Made by a program: the position numbers and the translations under genes
Notes under the pieces: generated by a model
The model's database searches: none
Seen by the model: the letters and a program-made list of their open reading frames with translations, nothing else
What the model was told of the DNA's origin: nothing
Shown here: positions 10,112 to 19,332 of the stretch, piece by piece
How the letters are laid out: each line of letters starts with the position of its first letter
Numbering within the stretch: position 1 is the stretch's first letter
Origin: Prochlorococcus sp. AG-363-O06
GTDB lineage: Bacteria > Cyanobacteriota > Cyanobacteriia > PCC-6307 > Cyanobiaceae
Direction: 5' to 3'
DNA length: 33,866 bases
NCBI GenBank assembly: GCA_003280085.1
Contig: QCFY01000013.1
Coordinates: forward strand, 1 to 33,866

Positions 10112-10579
10112 ATGAACAACTGTTTACTTGAAGTAGAGGTCAAGAAAGCCCCTACTATTAGATACACCCAAGACCAGAAAACTCCAATTGCAGAAATGGA
10201 AGTTAGCTTTGAGGGTTTACGACCAGATGATTCGCCTAGCGAAATCAAAGTTGTTGGATGGGGAAATATCGCACAAGACTTACCAAATCAAGTGCATATT
10301 GGTCAAAAAGTAGTTCTCGAAGGTCGGTTGAGAATGAATACCGTACCTAGACAAGATGGAACAAAAGAGAAACGTGCGGAATTTACATTGTCCAAAGTAC
10401 ATACACTTTCAAGTGTTACAAGCCCTGAGGGAAGAGAAGGCTCTAATCCTTCAAATCTAAAGTCTTCCCCTCAACTAACAGAAAAAGTGAATTCCGCCAA
10501 AATTAGCCCTACAGACACAAACTCACCAAGCTGGGACTCATCTCCTCTAATACCTGATACTGATGAGATTCCTTTCTGA
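10112..10579 (+). CDS. ssb: Single-stranded DNA-binding protein (short cyanobacterial SSB). ORF is open from ATG 10052, but ATG 10112 (MNNCLLEVEV…) fits the SSB N-terminus and avoids overlap with cobK
   Basis: OB-fold pattern: N-terminal LLEVEVKKAPTIRYTQDQKTPIAEMEVSF, …VVGWGNIAQDL…IGQKVVLEGRLRMNTVPRQDGTKEKRAEF, and an acidic/Pro-rich C-terminal tail ending DTDEIPF (the SSB C-terminal acidic tip). Confidence 0.8.
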   Translation: MNNCLLEVEVKKAPTIRYTQDQKTPIAEMEVSFEGLRPDDSPSEIKVVGWGNIAQDLPNQVHIGQKVVLEGRLRMNTVPRQDGTKEKRAEFTLSKVHTLSSVTSPEGREGSNPSNLKSSPQLTEKVNSAKISPTDTNSPSWDSSPLIPDTDEIPF

Positions 10580-10592
10580 AGTAAAGATTTGT

Positions 10593-10796
10593 TCAGTTCT
10601 CATTTTCCTCAAGCTTGTCGGAAGTCCTAATCAATAATTGTCCAAGTTCCCTTTCTAAGGCAGCTAAATCCAATCTCAATTCAGGCCAACTTCCTCTATC
10701 AATCTGTTCAAGCAACCAAGCTCTATCACTATCTAATTGAACCAATAGCTCAGACAAGTCCTTCTTTTGTTGTTTAGAGAACTCCATATTCGTCAA
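10593..10796 (-). CDS. Hypothetical small protein (67 aa, predicted coiled coil)
   Basis: The ORF exactly fills the ssb–downstream gene gap on the opposite strand. It has a heptad-like charged/Leu pattern (LSELLVQLDSDRAWLLEQI…LDLAALERELGQLL). No family recognised. Confidence 0.4.
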   Translation of the reverse strand: MTNMEFSKQQKKDLSELLVQLDSDRAWLLEQIDRGSWPELRLDLAALERELGQLLIRTSDKLEENEN

Positions 10797-10838
10797 TAGT
10801 TATAGCCATCTGGCACGTCGGAGCGCCAAAATGCCTCC

Positions 10839-11387
10839 ATGAAGGATTTATTTTCACCTGGCAGCCTAATCACAATTTCAGGGGCCGTCCTTACAGTCAT
10901 TGGAGGAGTGGCCTATATGACCGGTGCTGCAAACTTGAGTGTACCGACTCTTTTTTATGGCTTTCCTATCTTCATAGGAGGCCTAGCTTTAAAAACTTCA
11001 GAGCTCCCTCCCGCAAAAAGAGTTGTTCCAGCATCTGCATTAGCAGAAGCAAGGGCGGCTGCTCCTGAAGAGCTAGGAAAGCTTGTAGCAGACGTAACTA
11101 GATGGAGATATGGGCAAAAAGCTCACTTAGAATCATCGCTACAGGTTTTAAAGTTATGGGACGAAGACAACCCTCCTCAACTACTAGAAGTAGAAGAACT
11201 TGATGCAAATGAAGGATATGGAGTTCGATTAAGATTTGAACTAGCTGGTGTACCTATCGAGCGCTGGGAAGAGAAAAAAGAACGTCTTGGAAGATTTTTC
11301 TCACAAGGACTACAAGCAGATATAACTTCACCTGCAGCTGGGCAAATAGATCTAACACTTCTTCCCAAGCAAAATAATTTGACTTAA
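10839..11387 (+). CDS. Conserved cyanobacterial membrane protein (two N-terminal TM helices followed by a soluble domain; DUF2854-like)
   Basis: 182 aa. Hydrophobic N-terminus SLITISGAVLTVIGGVAYMTGA…LFYGFPIFIGGLAL, then a charged soluble domain. It lies immediately upstream of argB. The family assignment is by memory only. Confidence 0.55.
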   Translation: MKDLFSPGSLITISGAVLTVIGGVAYMTGAANLSVPTLFYGFPIFIGGLALKTSELPPAKRVVPASALAEARAAAPEELGKLVADVTRWRYGQKAHLESSLQVLKLWDEDNPPQLLEVEELDANEGYGVRLRFELAGVPIERWEEKKERLGRFFSQGLQADITSPAAGQIDLTLLPKQNNLT

Positions 11388-11393
11388 ACAAAT

Positions 11394-12320
11394 ATGGACC
11401 CAAAGGAATCAATTAATAAGAACCCAAACATTTCTTTCAATGAAACCCTTAAGGATCTTTCTGAAGATTCATCACTTCGGGTCTCAGTTTTAAGTGAAGC
11501 ACTCCCTTATATTCAACGTTTTGGGGGAAGAAAAATAATAATAAAATATGGTGGGTCTGCCATGGCTCATATAAATCTACAGGAAGCAGTTTTTAGAGAT
11601 ATTGCTCTTTTATCAAGTGTGGGAGTGCAGCCAGTAATAATCCATGGTGGAGGACCAGAAATTAATCATTGGCTAAAAAAATTAAATATGAAAACCGAAT
11701 TTAAAGACGGGTTAAGAGTTACAGATACAAAAACAATGGATGTTGTTGAGATGGTACTTATTGGGAGAGTTAACAAGCAAATAGTTAATGGTTTAAATAA
11801 GTTGGGGGCTATGGCTGTCGGACTGTCGGGAATAGATGGTGGGCTAATTGAAGCCAGGCCATGGGGAGATGGAACTCATGGACGAGTTGGTGATGTCGCA
11901 AGAGTAAACACAGATTTGCTATTACCCTTACTTAACAAAGGCTACGTACCTGTAATTTCAAGCGTTGCAGCAACCAGTGAAGGCATATCTCATAACATCA
12001 ATGCAGATACAGTGGCTGGGGAAATAGCAGCTGCACTAAATGCAGAAAAACTAATACTTTTAACTGATACACCTGGGATACTTAGAAACCAAGACGACAT
12101 TTCTAGTCTTATAAAGCAAATTGGATTAAGAGAGGCTCGCCAACTCATTGAAGATGGAATAGTTCAAGGAGGAATGACCCCTAAAACCGAATGTTGTATT
12201 AGGGCCTTGGCTCAAGGTGTTTCAGCAGCTCACATAATTGATGGAAGAACACCTCATGCAATTCTCCTAGAAATTTTTACTAACAAGGGTATTGGAACAA
12301 TGGTTGTTGGTAGTGGCTGA
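11394..12320 (+). CDS. argB: Acetylglutamate kinase
   Basis: IIKYGGSAM nucleotide-binding motif, [10 protein letters not shown], and the amino-acid kinase family fold. 308 aa. Confidence 0.95.
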   Translation: MDPKESINKNPNISFNETLKDLSEDSSLRVSVLSEALPYIQRFGGRKIIIKYGGSAMAHINLQEAVFRDIALLSSVGVQPVIIHGGGPEINHWLKKLNMKTEFKDGLRVTDTKTMDVVEMVLIGRVNKQIVNGLNKLGAMAVGLSGIDGGLIEARPWGDGTHGRVGDVARVNTDLLLPLLNKGYVPVISSVAATSEGISHNINADTVAGEIAAALNAEKLILLTDTPGILRNQDDISSLIKQIGLREARQLIEDGIVQGGMTPKTECCIRALAQGVSAAHIIDGRTPHAILLEIFTNKGIGTMVVGSG

Positions 12321-12326
12321 TCTTTA

Positions 12327-13421
12327 ATGAAATCTGCTTTAGAAAATGCTGAAGCAGCATTACAAAGAGGAGATTATGGATTATGCCTCCAGACACTAAG
12401 TCCTCTTGCCAAAACAAACCCTTTGCCAGGACAAAAAGGGTCGAAAATAAGAATGCTTATGGTCACGGCATTGATGGGTCAAGGCAATGAAGAACAAGCT
12501 AAAACCATTTGTCGACAAATAACCCAAAGTGAAGATCCCGAACTCAGGCAATTATCAAAACAATTACTGCTTGTCCTTGATGCCCCTAGCCTTCAAAGGC
12601 CTTCTGAATGGTCCATTAAACTCCCAACCATTCGAATGGATGATATATCTAAAAATAGTTTCTCAACTCCACGAAATAAGCCTTTAAAGAAATCAAAAGA
12701 AAACCTTCCTCCTACTGGACCAACAAAAGGCCTTGACCTTGGTTTCGCTGGAATCGTAATAACAATCCTTATATTTTTAACCTTACTTCTTAGCGGTTGC
12801 GTTCAGGTAAAGACAGAATTTAACTTAATCAGCCCAAATAAAATCAATCTTAATATACAAACAAAAAGTAATTCCCATAAAACTCTCCCATGGCAATTGA
12901 ACTTAGAAGAGTCAGCGAAACATCTTTCGCCAAAGTTAAATATAACTACTAACAATGAGGGTTTTCAAAAAATAGGTGCTGACAACTTACAACTAAAGGA
13001 AGCAAGTTTTTTAATCAAAGAATTGAGCAAGGCAGCAAGCAATTCAGGTGGCTTTGAAATCACCGATACAGAAATAAAAACAGACCAAAGGAATTGGGTT
13101 ATAGGGATAGAACAAGATTTAAATCTCAATATTGACCTAACAAAATTACCTGAGATACCAGGACTCAAATTATTGGTCGCAATAGACCCACCAAATTTTA
13201 TAAGTAGTGTAGAAAGTAACCCTCATACCAGCAAAAGAGTTAATGGTGATTTTTTATGGAAGCTCGAACAAGGAGAAGTCAATAACTTGCACATACATAG
13301 CTGGAGTTGGAGTCTTCTAGGCATTGGGAGCTTGCTAATTGTTGCTCTTTTCTCCTTATCATTAGTCCTACAAAAAATAAAGTTAAAAATGGGTTTTGGT
13401 TTTCCAGAGTTGCCGCCTTAA
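12327..13421 (+). CDS. Hypothetical protein with a TPR-like N-terminal region, a central TM helix and a C-terminal TM helix (cyanobacteria-specific)
   Basis: 364-aa ORF starting 7 nt after the argB stop. TM segments LGFAGIVITILIFLTLLLSGC and LLGIGSLLIVALFSLSLVL. No enzymatic motifs recognised. Confidence 0.55.
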   Translation: MKSALENAEAALQRGDYGLCLQTLSPLAKTNPLPGQKGSKIRMLMVTALMGQGNEEQAKTICRQITQSEDPELRQLSKQLLLVLDAPSLQRPSEWSIKLPTIRMDDISKNSFSTPRNKPLKKSKENLPPTGPTKGLDLGFAGIVITILIFLTLLLSGCVQVKTEFNLISPNKINLNIQTKSNSHKTLPWQLNLEESAKHLSPKLNITTNNEGFQKIGADNLQLKEASFLIKELSKAASNSGGFEITDTEIKTDQRNWVIGIEQDLNLNIDLTKLPEIPGLKLLVAIDPPNFISSVESNPHTSKRVNGDFLWKLEQGEVNNLHIHSWSWSLLGIGSLLIVALFSLSLVLQKIKLKMGFGFPELPP

Positions 13422-13446
13422 TGAAAAAAAATACGAACACTCTGCC

Positions 13447-15723
13447 CTAAAGCTGCAATGGATCAGGATCAACTGCCAAATGTACCCCTTTGGGCAACAA
13501 CTCCCACAACTTTCTCCCTGCAGGAAGCGGCAACTCACTTCCTGCAGGGCCATGCATTAAAACTTGCCAACGACTTTTACCTGCCACTCTTGAAACCAAA
13601 GCAGGTGCAGGGCCAATCAACGCCCAACCCATAGATTCACAAATAGGCTTTACTTTTTCTGCTAAAACTGTTGCTGTTGTTGCAGTAACAGAAGAAGAAC
13701 TGCCAGAAATCCTAAGCAAGCAAGCTCTTCTATAAGGAACCAAGCCTGCATCGCTTCGCAGCCTCGATTCCTTTTTTAAAAATTCCTCATAACGACCATC
13801 TACCAAATGAAGAATTACAGGATGTTCAGGGCAATAAGTCTGCACTAGAACAGTCCCTGGCAATTTGCCTCGCCCTGCCCGGCCAGCAAGTTGAAGAAAA
13901 AGTTGGAGACTCTGTTCTGAGGCATTTAAGTCAGGCCGATGTAACAAACCATCTGCAGCAAGAACGGCCGCAAGAGTGACCCTAGGCAAATCCATTCCCT
14001 TGGAAAGCATTTGAGTCCCTATCAGTACATCCGCCTCACCAGCCGCAAATTTTTGAAGCAATTTCCTATGTCCATCCCGACCGCCAGTGGTATCTCTATC
14101 AAAGCGGAGAAACCTCAAATCTTTAAGTTCCTCTTCAAGATGCTCTAAGACGCGTTGAGTCCCTGCGCCAAATGGCTTAAAAGCATTTGAACCACAATTC
14201 TTACAAGTCAAGGAAATGCTTTCTCGATGATCACACCAATGACATCTCAACCATTGCCTAGATCTATTGCCTCCATGAACAGTTAAGGCCACATCACAGT
14301 GGGGGCATTCAACTACTTCGCCACAACTGCGACAGCTTATAAAGCTGCTATAGCCTCTTCTTGGAACCAATATGAGAGCCTGCTCTTTCTTTTCAGGCAA
14401 TTCAGCAAGGCGCTCCATTAGTGGTCTACTTATAAGTTTTCGATGACCTTCGGCTAATTCTTGTCGCATGTCTATTACAGAAACTCTTGGTAACTTCTGA
14501 CCAAAGACCCTTTCAGTTAAACGAGCAAGCCCTATTGCTCCCCCTGGAGCCAATTCTTTCCATGTCTTCAAAGAAGGAGTAGCCGTTCCTAAAACCACCC
14601 TTGCACCAGTCCTTTTAGCTCGATTTATCGCCAAATCCCGTGCGTGATAACAGGGCATTGGAGAATCTTGCTTATAAGACGTGTCATGTTCTTCATCAAG
14701 AACGATTAATCCGAGTGGAGATAATGGAAGAAATATTGCAGAACGAGTACCTACAACAATTAGAGCTTGTTGAGAATTAAGAGTCATCTTCCAATTATTG
14801 ATACGTTCTCTTTCTGAACAACCACTGTGATATTCCAAGACTTTTGATCCAAATCTTCTTCTGCATCTATCAACAAGTTGAGGTATTAACCCAATCTCAG
14901 GGGTAAGGATTAGGCAATGTCTTCCTTTTTCTAATTCTCTGGCAGCCAGTTGAAGGTAAATCTCTGTTTTACCTGAACCAGTAACACCCCAAAGCAAAAA
15001 AGCATTCCCAGACGCCTGCTTAGAGAAAGTTTCAATAGCTTTAGCTTGTTCATTAGTTAATTGTCGAGGCCCTTCTAGACAAGTATTTTCGGCGACTAGT
15101 TCATGGTTAAAAGAATCAGAAGAAGGTCTTTTTTCTCTACCTATAAGACCTCTTTTCAACAATGTCTTTACAAGAGAAGCAGAAAACCCTGCCTCATATA
15201 AATCTTTTTGCCAAACACCACCTCCATGCTTATCCAAAAAAGTATGTAATTCTGATTGTCGTGTTGGCAATGAACTGGATTGCCTAGCATCTTCGTTTAA
15301 AAGCTTCACCCACCAAAAAGTTCGTGAAGATTGAACTATGGACTTACCTTGCCCAAGCCATCCCGGGGGCAAGGCTGCTTTAAGCATTTTAAATGAACTT
15401 GTATGGCATTTTTTTGCCATCGCTTCAATCCACTCTCGCCACTCCTTCTCTACGGCAGCAACCTGAATTAATGCCTCAACATCAGCCAAACAAAAATTGG
15501 GGCTATTCGTTGAACTGGAATTATTAGAAACAGATGAGATTCTCTTGGCTATTACTAATCCATTCATCGGCCTTCCACGAAGTCGTACCAAGACCAAATC
15601 TCCAAGATTCACCCCCAAACTCAATCGATCTAAATAAGTAAATGCACGACCTTCTGCTCCCACCTCAAGCAAGACGTCAACCTCATAGAGAAAATTAGAT
15701 TTTTTAGTACTTGCCGAGGTCAC
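13447..15723 (-). CDS. priA: Primosomal protein N' (replication restart helicase PriA)
   Basis: Walker A LWGVTGSGKTEIY, DEEH box (LDEEHD) and two Cys4 zinc-binding clusters (CRSCGEVVECPHC…CHWCDH…CKNCG). 758 aa. The start is GTG 15723, with no in-frame ATG upstream. Confidence 0.95.
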   Translation of the reverse strand: MTSASTKKSNFLYEVDVLLEVGAEGRAFTYLDRLSLGVNLGDLVLVRLRGRPMNGLVIAKRISSVSNNSSSTNSPNFCLADVEALIQVAAVEKEWREWIEAMAKKCHTSSFKMLKAALPPGWLGQGKSIVQSSRTFWWVKLLNEDARQSSSLPTRQSELHTFLDKHGGGVWQKDLYEAGFSASLVKTLLKRGLIGREKRPSSDSFNHELVAENTCLEGPRQLTNEQAKAIETFSKQASGNAFLLWGVTGSGKTEIYLQLAARELEKGRHCLILTPEIGLIPQLVDRCRRRFGSKVLEYHSGCSERERINNWKMTLNSQQALIVVGTRSAIFLPLSPLGLIVLDEEHDTSYKQDSPMPCYHARDLAINRAKRTGARVVLGTATPSLKTWKELAPGGAIGLARLTERVFGQKLPRVSVIDMRQELAEGHRKLISRPLMERLAELPEKKEQALILVPRRGYSSFISCRSCGEVVECPHCDVALTVHGGNRSRQWLRCHWCDHRESISLTCKNCGSNAFKPFGAGTQRVLEHLEEELKDLRFLRFDRDTTGGRDGHRKLLQKFAAGEADVLIGTQMLSKGMDLPRVTLAAVLAADGLLHRPDLNASEQSLQLFLQLAGRAGRGKLPGTVLVQTYCPEHPVILHLVDGRYEEFLKKESRLRSDAGLVPYRRACLLRISGSSSSVTATTATVLAEKVKPICESMGWALIGPAPALVSRVAGKSRWQVLMHGPAGSELPLPAGRKLWELLPKGVHLAVDPDPLQL

Positions 15724-15740
15724 AAGTTTTTTTTAAACTT

Positions 15741-15900
15741 AGAGTGTTGGACAGTCCAAAGGCTGTTGTCGGAACAAAGGTAGAGTTCCGTCCAGTGGGA
15801 AGACAAGAAGCTCGTACCTTTTGGGTTCGTCCCTAAAATGGTCAGCCTGTCTGAGAAAGCCCCTGATACACCTGCCTTAATAAACGCATACACTTCATTC
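15741..15900. other. GC-richer, hairpin-rich segment within the 372-bp priA–sigA divergent intergenic region; candidate structured RNA / 5' leader (strand unknown)
   Basis: Local inverted repeats read directly: TTGGAC-a-GTCCAA (15748-15760); TTGTC/GGAAC…GTTCC…GACAA nested stems (15766-15806); GGGTTCGTCCC. Base composition is higher in GC than the flanking AT-rich DNA. Confidence 0.2.
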
Positions 15901-16095
15901 AATCTCAACCAGAAAAGCACAGAGTTACGAAGTTATTAAACTCACCTATTTAAATTTTGTTGAATTTGAATAGAGAAATGAGCAAAAGTGATTTTGTACA
16001 AATCTGTTTTTTGTCCAGTTGTTTGTATTGAATAGTTGATAGCTTCAAAAAATAATTCTTTCATAATTTCCCTTTTTTAGTTTGATTGTTCCGAC

Positions 16096-17478
16096 ATGAG
16101 CCCTGCTGCCACCCAAGCACCAACTGCCAAGCCAAAAGCAAGTTCTAAGCCAAAAGCAAGTTCTAAGCCAAAAGCAAGTTCTAAGGCAAAAGCAAGTTCT
16201 AAAGCTTCTGCGACGAAGAAAGTTGCTGTAAAGCCAAAGACTACTGCCAGCAAAAGCAAAGCAACTGCTTCCAAAGGTAAAAGCACAAAAAAGGCAAGTA
16301 GCTCAAAAGCAAAAACAACTAAATCTAATTCTCAAGCCAAAACAAAAACGCCTATATCAACCAAGAATCTAGATGCAGCTGCTGATCAATTACTAAAAGC
16401 ATCAAGTTTAGAAGCACCAACACCAACCTCTGAAATACCCACTTCGCAAGTAATACTTGATTCAATTAGTGATCAAGACGCCAAAGCCAAAGCACTTGCA
16501 AGTATAAAAATAGGTCCCAAGGGAGTTTACACGGAAGATTCAATTAGAGTCTATTTACAAGAAATAGGCCGAATACGACTTCTACGTCCCGACGAAGAAA
16601 TCGAACTTGCTAGAAAAATTGCTGATCTCCTACAACTAGAGCAACTTGCTGAACAGTTTGAAAGTGAGCAAGGTCATTACCCAACCAATAAAGAATGGGC
16701 CGCGATGGTAGAGATGCCACTCATAAAGTTCAGAAGGAGACTGATGTTAGGCCGTCGAGCCAAAGAGAAGATGGTGCAATCAAATCTTCGACTTGTTGTA
16801 TCAATCGCAAAAAAATATATGAATCGAGGACTTTCTTTTCAGGATTTAATCCAGGAAGGAAGTTTAGGGTTAATACGTGCAGCAGAGAAATTTGATCATG
16901 AAAAAGGTTATAAGTTTTCTACATATGCAACATGGTGGATCCGACAAGCAATTACAAGAGCCATTGCAGACCAAAGTCGCACAATTAGACTCCCGGTTCA
17001 CCTATATGAAACCATTTCAAGAATTAAAAAAACGACAAAGGTTTTGAGTCAAGAGTTTGGTAGGAAGCCAACAGAAGAAGAGATCGCTGAAAGTATGGAG
17101 ATGACTATCGAAAAACTTCGTTTTATTGCTAAAAGTGCTCAATTACCAATTTCACTTGAAACCCCTATTGGCAAAGAAGAAGATTCTCGACTAGGAGACT
17201 TTATTGAAGCTGACATTGAAAACCCAGATCAAGATGTTGCCAAAAACTTACTTCGTGAAGACCTTGAAGGGGTTTTAGCTACATTAAGCCCAAGAGAAAG
17301 AGATGTGCTAAGGCTACGTTATGGCTTAGATGATGGAAGAATGAAAACTCTTGAAGAAATTGGTCAAATATTTGATGTAACAAGAGAGCGAATCCGACAA
17401 ATTGAGGCAAAAGCCCTGAGAAAGCTCAGACATCCAAACCGAAATGGTGTATTAAAGGAGTACATCAAACAGGCGTAA
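16096..17478 (+). CDS. rpoD: RNA polymerase sigma-70 family factor, group 1 (principal sigma factor) with a Lys/Ala/Ser-rich N-terminal extension
   Basis: Region 1.2 ([14 protein letters not shown]), region 2 (…[53 protein letters not shown]), region 3 and region 4 ([51 protein letters not shown]). Confidence 0.9.
   Translation: MSPAATQAPTAKPKASSKPKASSKPKASSKAKASSKASATKKVAVKPKTTASKSKATASKGKSTKKASSSKAKTTKSNSQAKTKTPISTKNLDAAADQLLKASSLEAPTPTSEIPTSQVILDSISDQDAKAKALASIKIGPKGVYTEDSIRVYLQEIGRIRLLRPDEEIELARKIADLLQLEQLAEQFESEQGHYPTNKEWAAMVEMPLIKFRRRLMLGRRAKEKMVQSNLRLVVSIAKKYMNRGLSFQDLIQEGSLGLIRAAEKFDHEKGYKFSTYATWWIRQAITRAIADQSRTIRLPVHLYETISRIKKTTKVLSQEFGRKPTEEEIAESMEMTIEKLRFIAKSAQLPISLETPIGKEEDSRLGDFIEADIENPDQDVAKNLLREDLEGVLATLSPRERDVLRLRYGLDDGRMKTLEEIGQIFDVTRERIRQIEAKALRKLRHPNRNGVLKEYIKQA
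16131..16202 (+). repeat. Perfect/near-perfect 18-bp tandem repeat x4 (gccaaaagcaagttctaa) encoding (KPKASS)n within the sigma factor N-terminus
   Basis: Read directly from the sequence. Three identical units and one g-variant unit, in frame. Confidence 0.9.
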
Positions 17479-17672
17479 ATATACTTGCAATTTAATCAGT
17501 TTTACTAATTTCTAAAGAGGTTATTGTTACCCTAAGCAAATGAAATGAATGTGCCATTAGGCAGAATAAGCAAAAAAAAAGCAAGAAAACAACTAAATCA
17601 ATAACGGATTGTCAGCTAAAGCTATTTTGACCAGCTCTGTTGATTAATGTGAACAGGTGTGAATACATACCT

Positions 17673-18620
17673 ATGGCAATAGAAGAACTGCGCATTGCCT
17701 CCCGCAGAAGCCAACTTGCAATGGTCCAAACCAACTGGGTAAAACAAGAGCTAGAAAAAGCAAACCCTGAACTGACCATTTCGATAGAAGCGATGGCAAC
17801 TCAGGGAGACAAGATCCTCGATGTTGCTCTAGCGAAGATTGGAGACAAGGGGTTGTTTACAAAAGAGTTGGAGGCCCAAATGCTAGTTGGGCGAGCAGAC
17901 ATTGCCGTGCACTCATTAAAAGACCTGCCAACCAATCTTCCAAAAGGATTAATGCTTGGCTGCATCACAGAAAGAGAAGATCCCGCGGATGCTTTAGTAG
18001 TCAATAAGAAAAATGAGCGATACCAATTAGAGAGCCTGCCTAAGGGATCTGTTGTAGGTACAAGCTCGCTGAGGAGACTCGCCCAACTCAGACATTCCTA
18101 TCCCCATCTGATTTTCAAAGATGTCCGTGGCAATGTAATCACAAGACTTGAGAAACTTGATTCAGGCGAGTATGACTGCTTAATCCTTGCCGCGGCAGGT
18201 TTAACTCGATTAGGTTATGGAAAAAGAATTCATCAAACCATTCCCAGTGAAATCTCCCTACATGCTGTCGGGCAAGGAGCTCTTGGAATTGAATGCGTAG
18301 AAGGTCACCCAGACGTACTTCACGTCATCAAAAGTCTTGAACACATACCAACATCAAATAGATGCATTGCGGAAAGAGCATTCCTAAGAGAGTTAGAAGG
18401 CGGTTGCCAAGTCCCAATTGGTGTAAATAGTTATATAGAAGGCGAAGAGTTGACACTCGTTGGGATGGTCGCAAGTCTTGATGGTAAAAGGTTAATTCGG
18501 GACAAAAGACAAGGAAATTCAAAGGATCCAGAATCAATTGGCCTAAACCTTGCGCTAGCACTAAAAGACCAAGGGGCTGGCGAAATACTTCAAGAAATAT
18601 TTAAAGATGCGAGGCAATAA
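17673..18620 (+). CDS. hemC: Porphobilinogen deaminase (hydroxymethylbilane synthase). ORF is open from TTG 17640; ATG 17673 ([20 protein letters not shown]) matches the HemC N-terminus
   Basis: N-terminal [14 protein letters not shown], …[10 protein letters not shown]…, the cofactor-binding Cys region [17 protein letters not shown]. About 316 aa. Confidence 0.9.
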   Translation: MAIEELRIASRRSQLAMVQTNWVKQELEKANPELTISIEAMATQGDKILDVALAKIGDKGLFTKELEAQMLVGRADIAVHSLKDLPTNLPKGLMLGCITEREDPADALVVNKKNERYQLESLPKGSVVGTSSLRRLAQLRHSYPHLIFKDVRGNVITRLEKLDSGEYDCLILAAAGLTRLGYGKRIHQTIPSEISLHAVGQGALGIECVEGHPDVLHVIKSLEHIPTSNRCIAERAFLRELEGGCQVPIGVNSYIEGEELTLVGMVASLDGKRLIRDKRQGNSKDPESIGLNLALALKDQGAGEILQEIFKDARQ

Positions 18621-18621
18621 G

Positions 18622-18663
18622 TATTAACAACAGTCATAAAAACATTAATGACTGTTGTTAATA
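18622..18663. terminator. Perfect 16-bp inverted repeat (tattaacaacagtcat / atgactgttgttaata) with a 10-nt loop, between the convergent hemC and ppa-paralog genes; candidate bidirectional terminator or protein-binding palindrome
   Basis: Read directly from the sequence, 2 nt after the hemC stop. The stem is AT-rich (weak as an intrinsic terminator), with no clear U-tract. Confidence 0.4.
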
Positions 18664-18718
18664 GGATAAGTAAACGATTGTTAAATATAAAATCTTCCAG
18701 AAACATACAAGAACAGTC

Positions 18719-19306
18719 TCAATCTATTAATTTAGGATCGATTTCTTTAAGATAACGCTGCTCACAAGTTTTAATAATCTCAACAGCCTTTGCAGGAGCA
18801 AAAAAACCATTAACTGAGCAAGTACCTGGCTTCTTGAGATCTTTATAATGCTCCCAATAATATGTTGTTTCCTTAATCCAATGATCCCCAAGTTGCTCAA
18901 AACTAATTATATGGTCAAGACGCTTGTCATCTGCGAGGACCCCAATCACCTTGTCATCAACTTCTCCTCCATCATCAAAGGTCATAATTCCAATGATCCT
19001 TGCTTCAACAACTGACCCAGGTACTAAAGGCTCTGTGACATTTACTATTTCAATATCTAAAGGGTCGCCATCTTCGTCCCACGTCCTAGGTATGCAGCCA
19101 TAAGCAAATGGATATGCAAGTGACGAAAAACCAACCCTGTCAAGCTTGAGGTGGCCCGTTTCTGTGATCAACTCATACTTATTAATTGTGTTGGAATTTA
19201 GCTCTACGATGGTATTAAGTCTCAGGGATCCTTCATCCGCAAAGGCTGGAAGGACATGGAGGAGATTTGGCATGCTCCTACGTGGAGCCTGGTTAAGGTT
19301 GGCCAT
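18719..19306 (-). CDS. Second family-I inorganic pyrophosphatase paralog (E. coli/eukaryote-like), with an approximately 20-aa N-terminal extension
   Basis: NTIVELNSNTINKYEL…LDRVGFSSLAYPFAYGCIPRTWDEDGDPLDIEIV…IGIMTFDDGGEVDDKVIGV…YYWEHYKDL. All the acidic metal ligands and the Y-K of HYKDL are conserved. Confidence 0.8.
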   Translation of the reverse strand: MANLNQAPRRSMPNLLHVLPAFADEGSLRLNTIVELNSNTINKYELITETGHLKLDRVGFSSLAYPFAYGCIPRTWDEDGDPLDIEIVNVTEPLVPGSVVEARIIGIMTFDDGGEVDDKVIGVLADDKRLDHIISFEQLGDHWIKETTYYWEHYKDLKKPGTCSVNGFFAPAKAVEIIKTCEQRYLKEIDPKLID

Positions 19307-19332
19307 AGCTATTAAATCTTAAGGAAAGCATA

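Noticed and set aside
15811-15835. Possible tRNA T-arm-like sequence (GGGTTCGTCCC) in the priA–sigA spacer
   Set aside because: No matching acceptor stem, D-arm or anticodon arm could be assembled around it on either strand. No canonical GTTCRANYC T-loop occurs anywhere in the window, so I call no tRNA.
15720-15920. 66-aa minus-strand ORF upstream of priA as a real protein
   Set aside because: Its composition (Trp/Cys/Phe-rich, no recognisable fold) is not protein-like. I kept it only as a possible regulatory uORF or structured RNA region in the findings, not as a CDS.
16077-16286. 69-aa minus-strand ORF antisense to the sigA N-terminal repeat (ELAFG repeats)
   Set aside because: Its repetitiveness simply mirrors the KPKASS tandem repeat on the coding strand. 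It is an artefact of the repeat.
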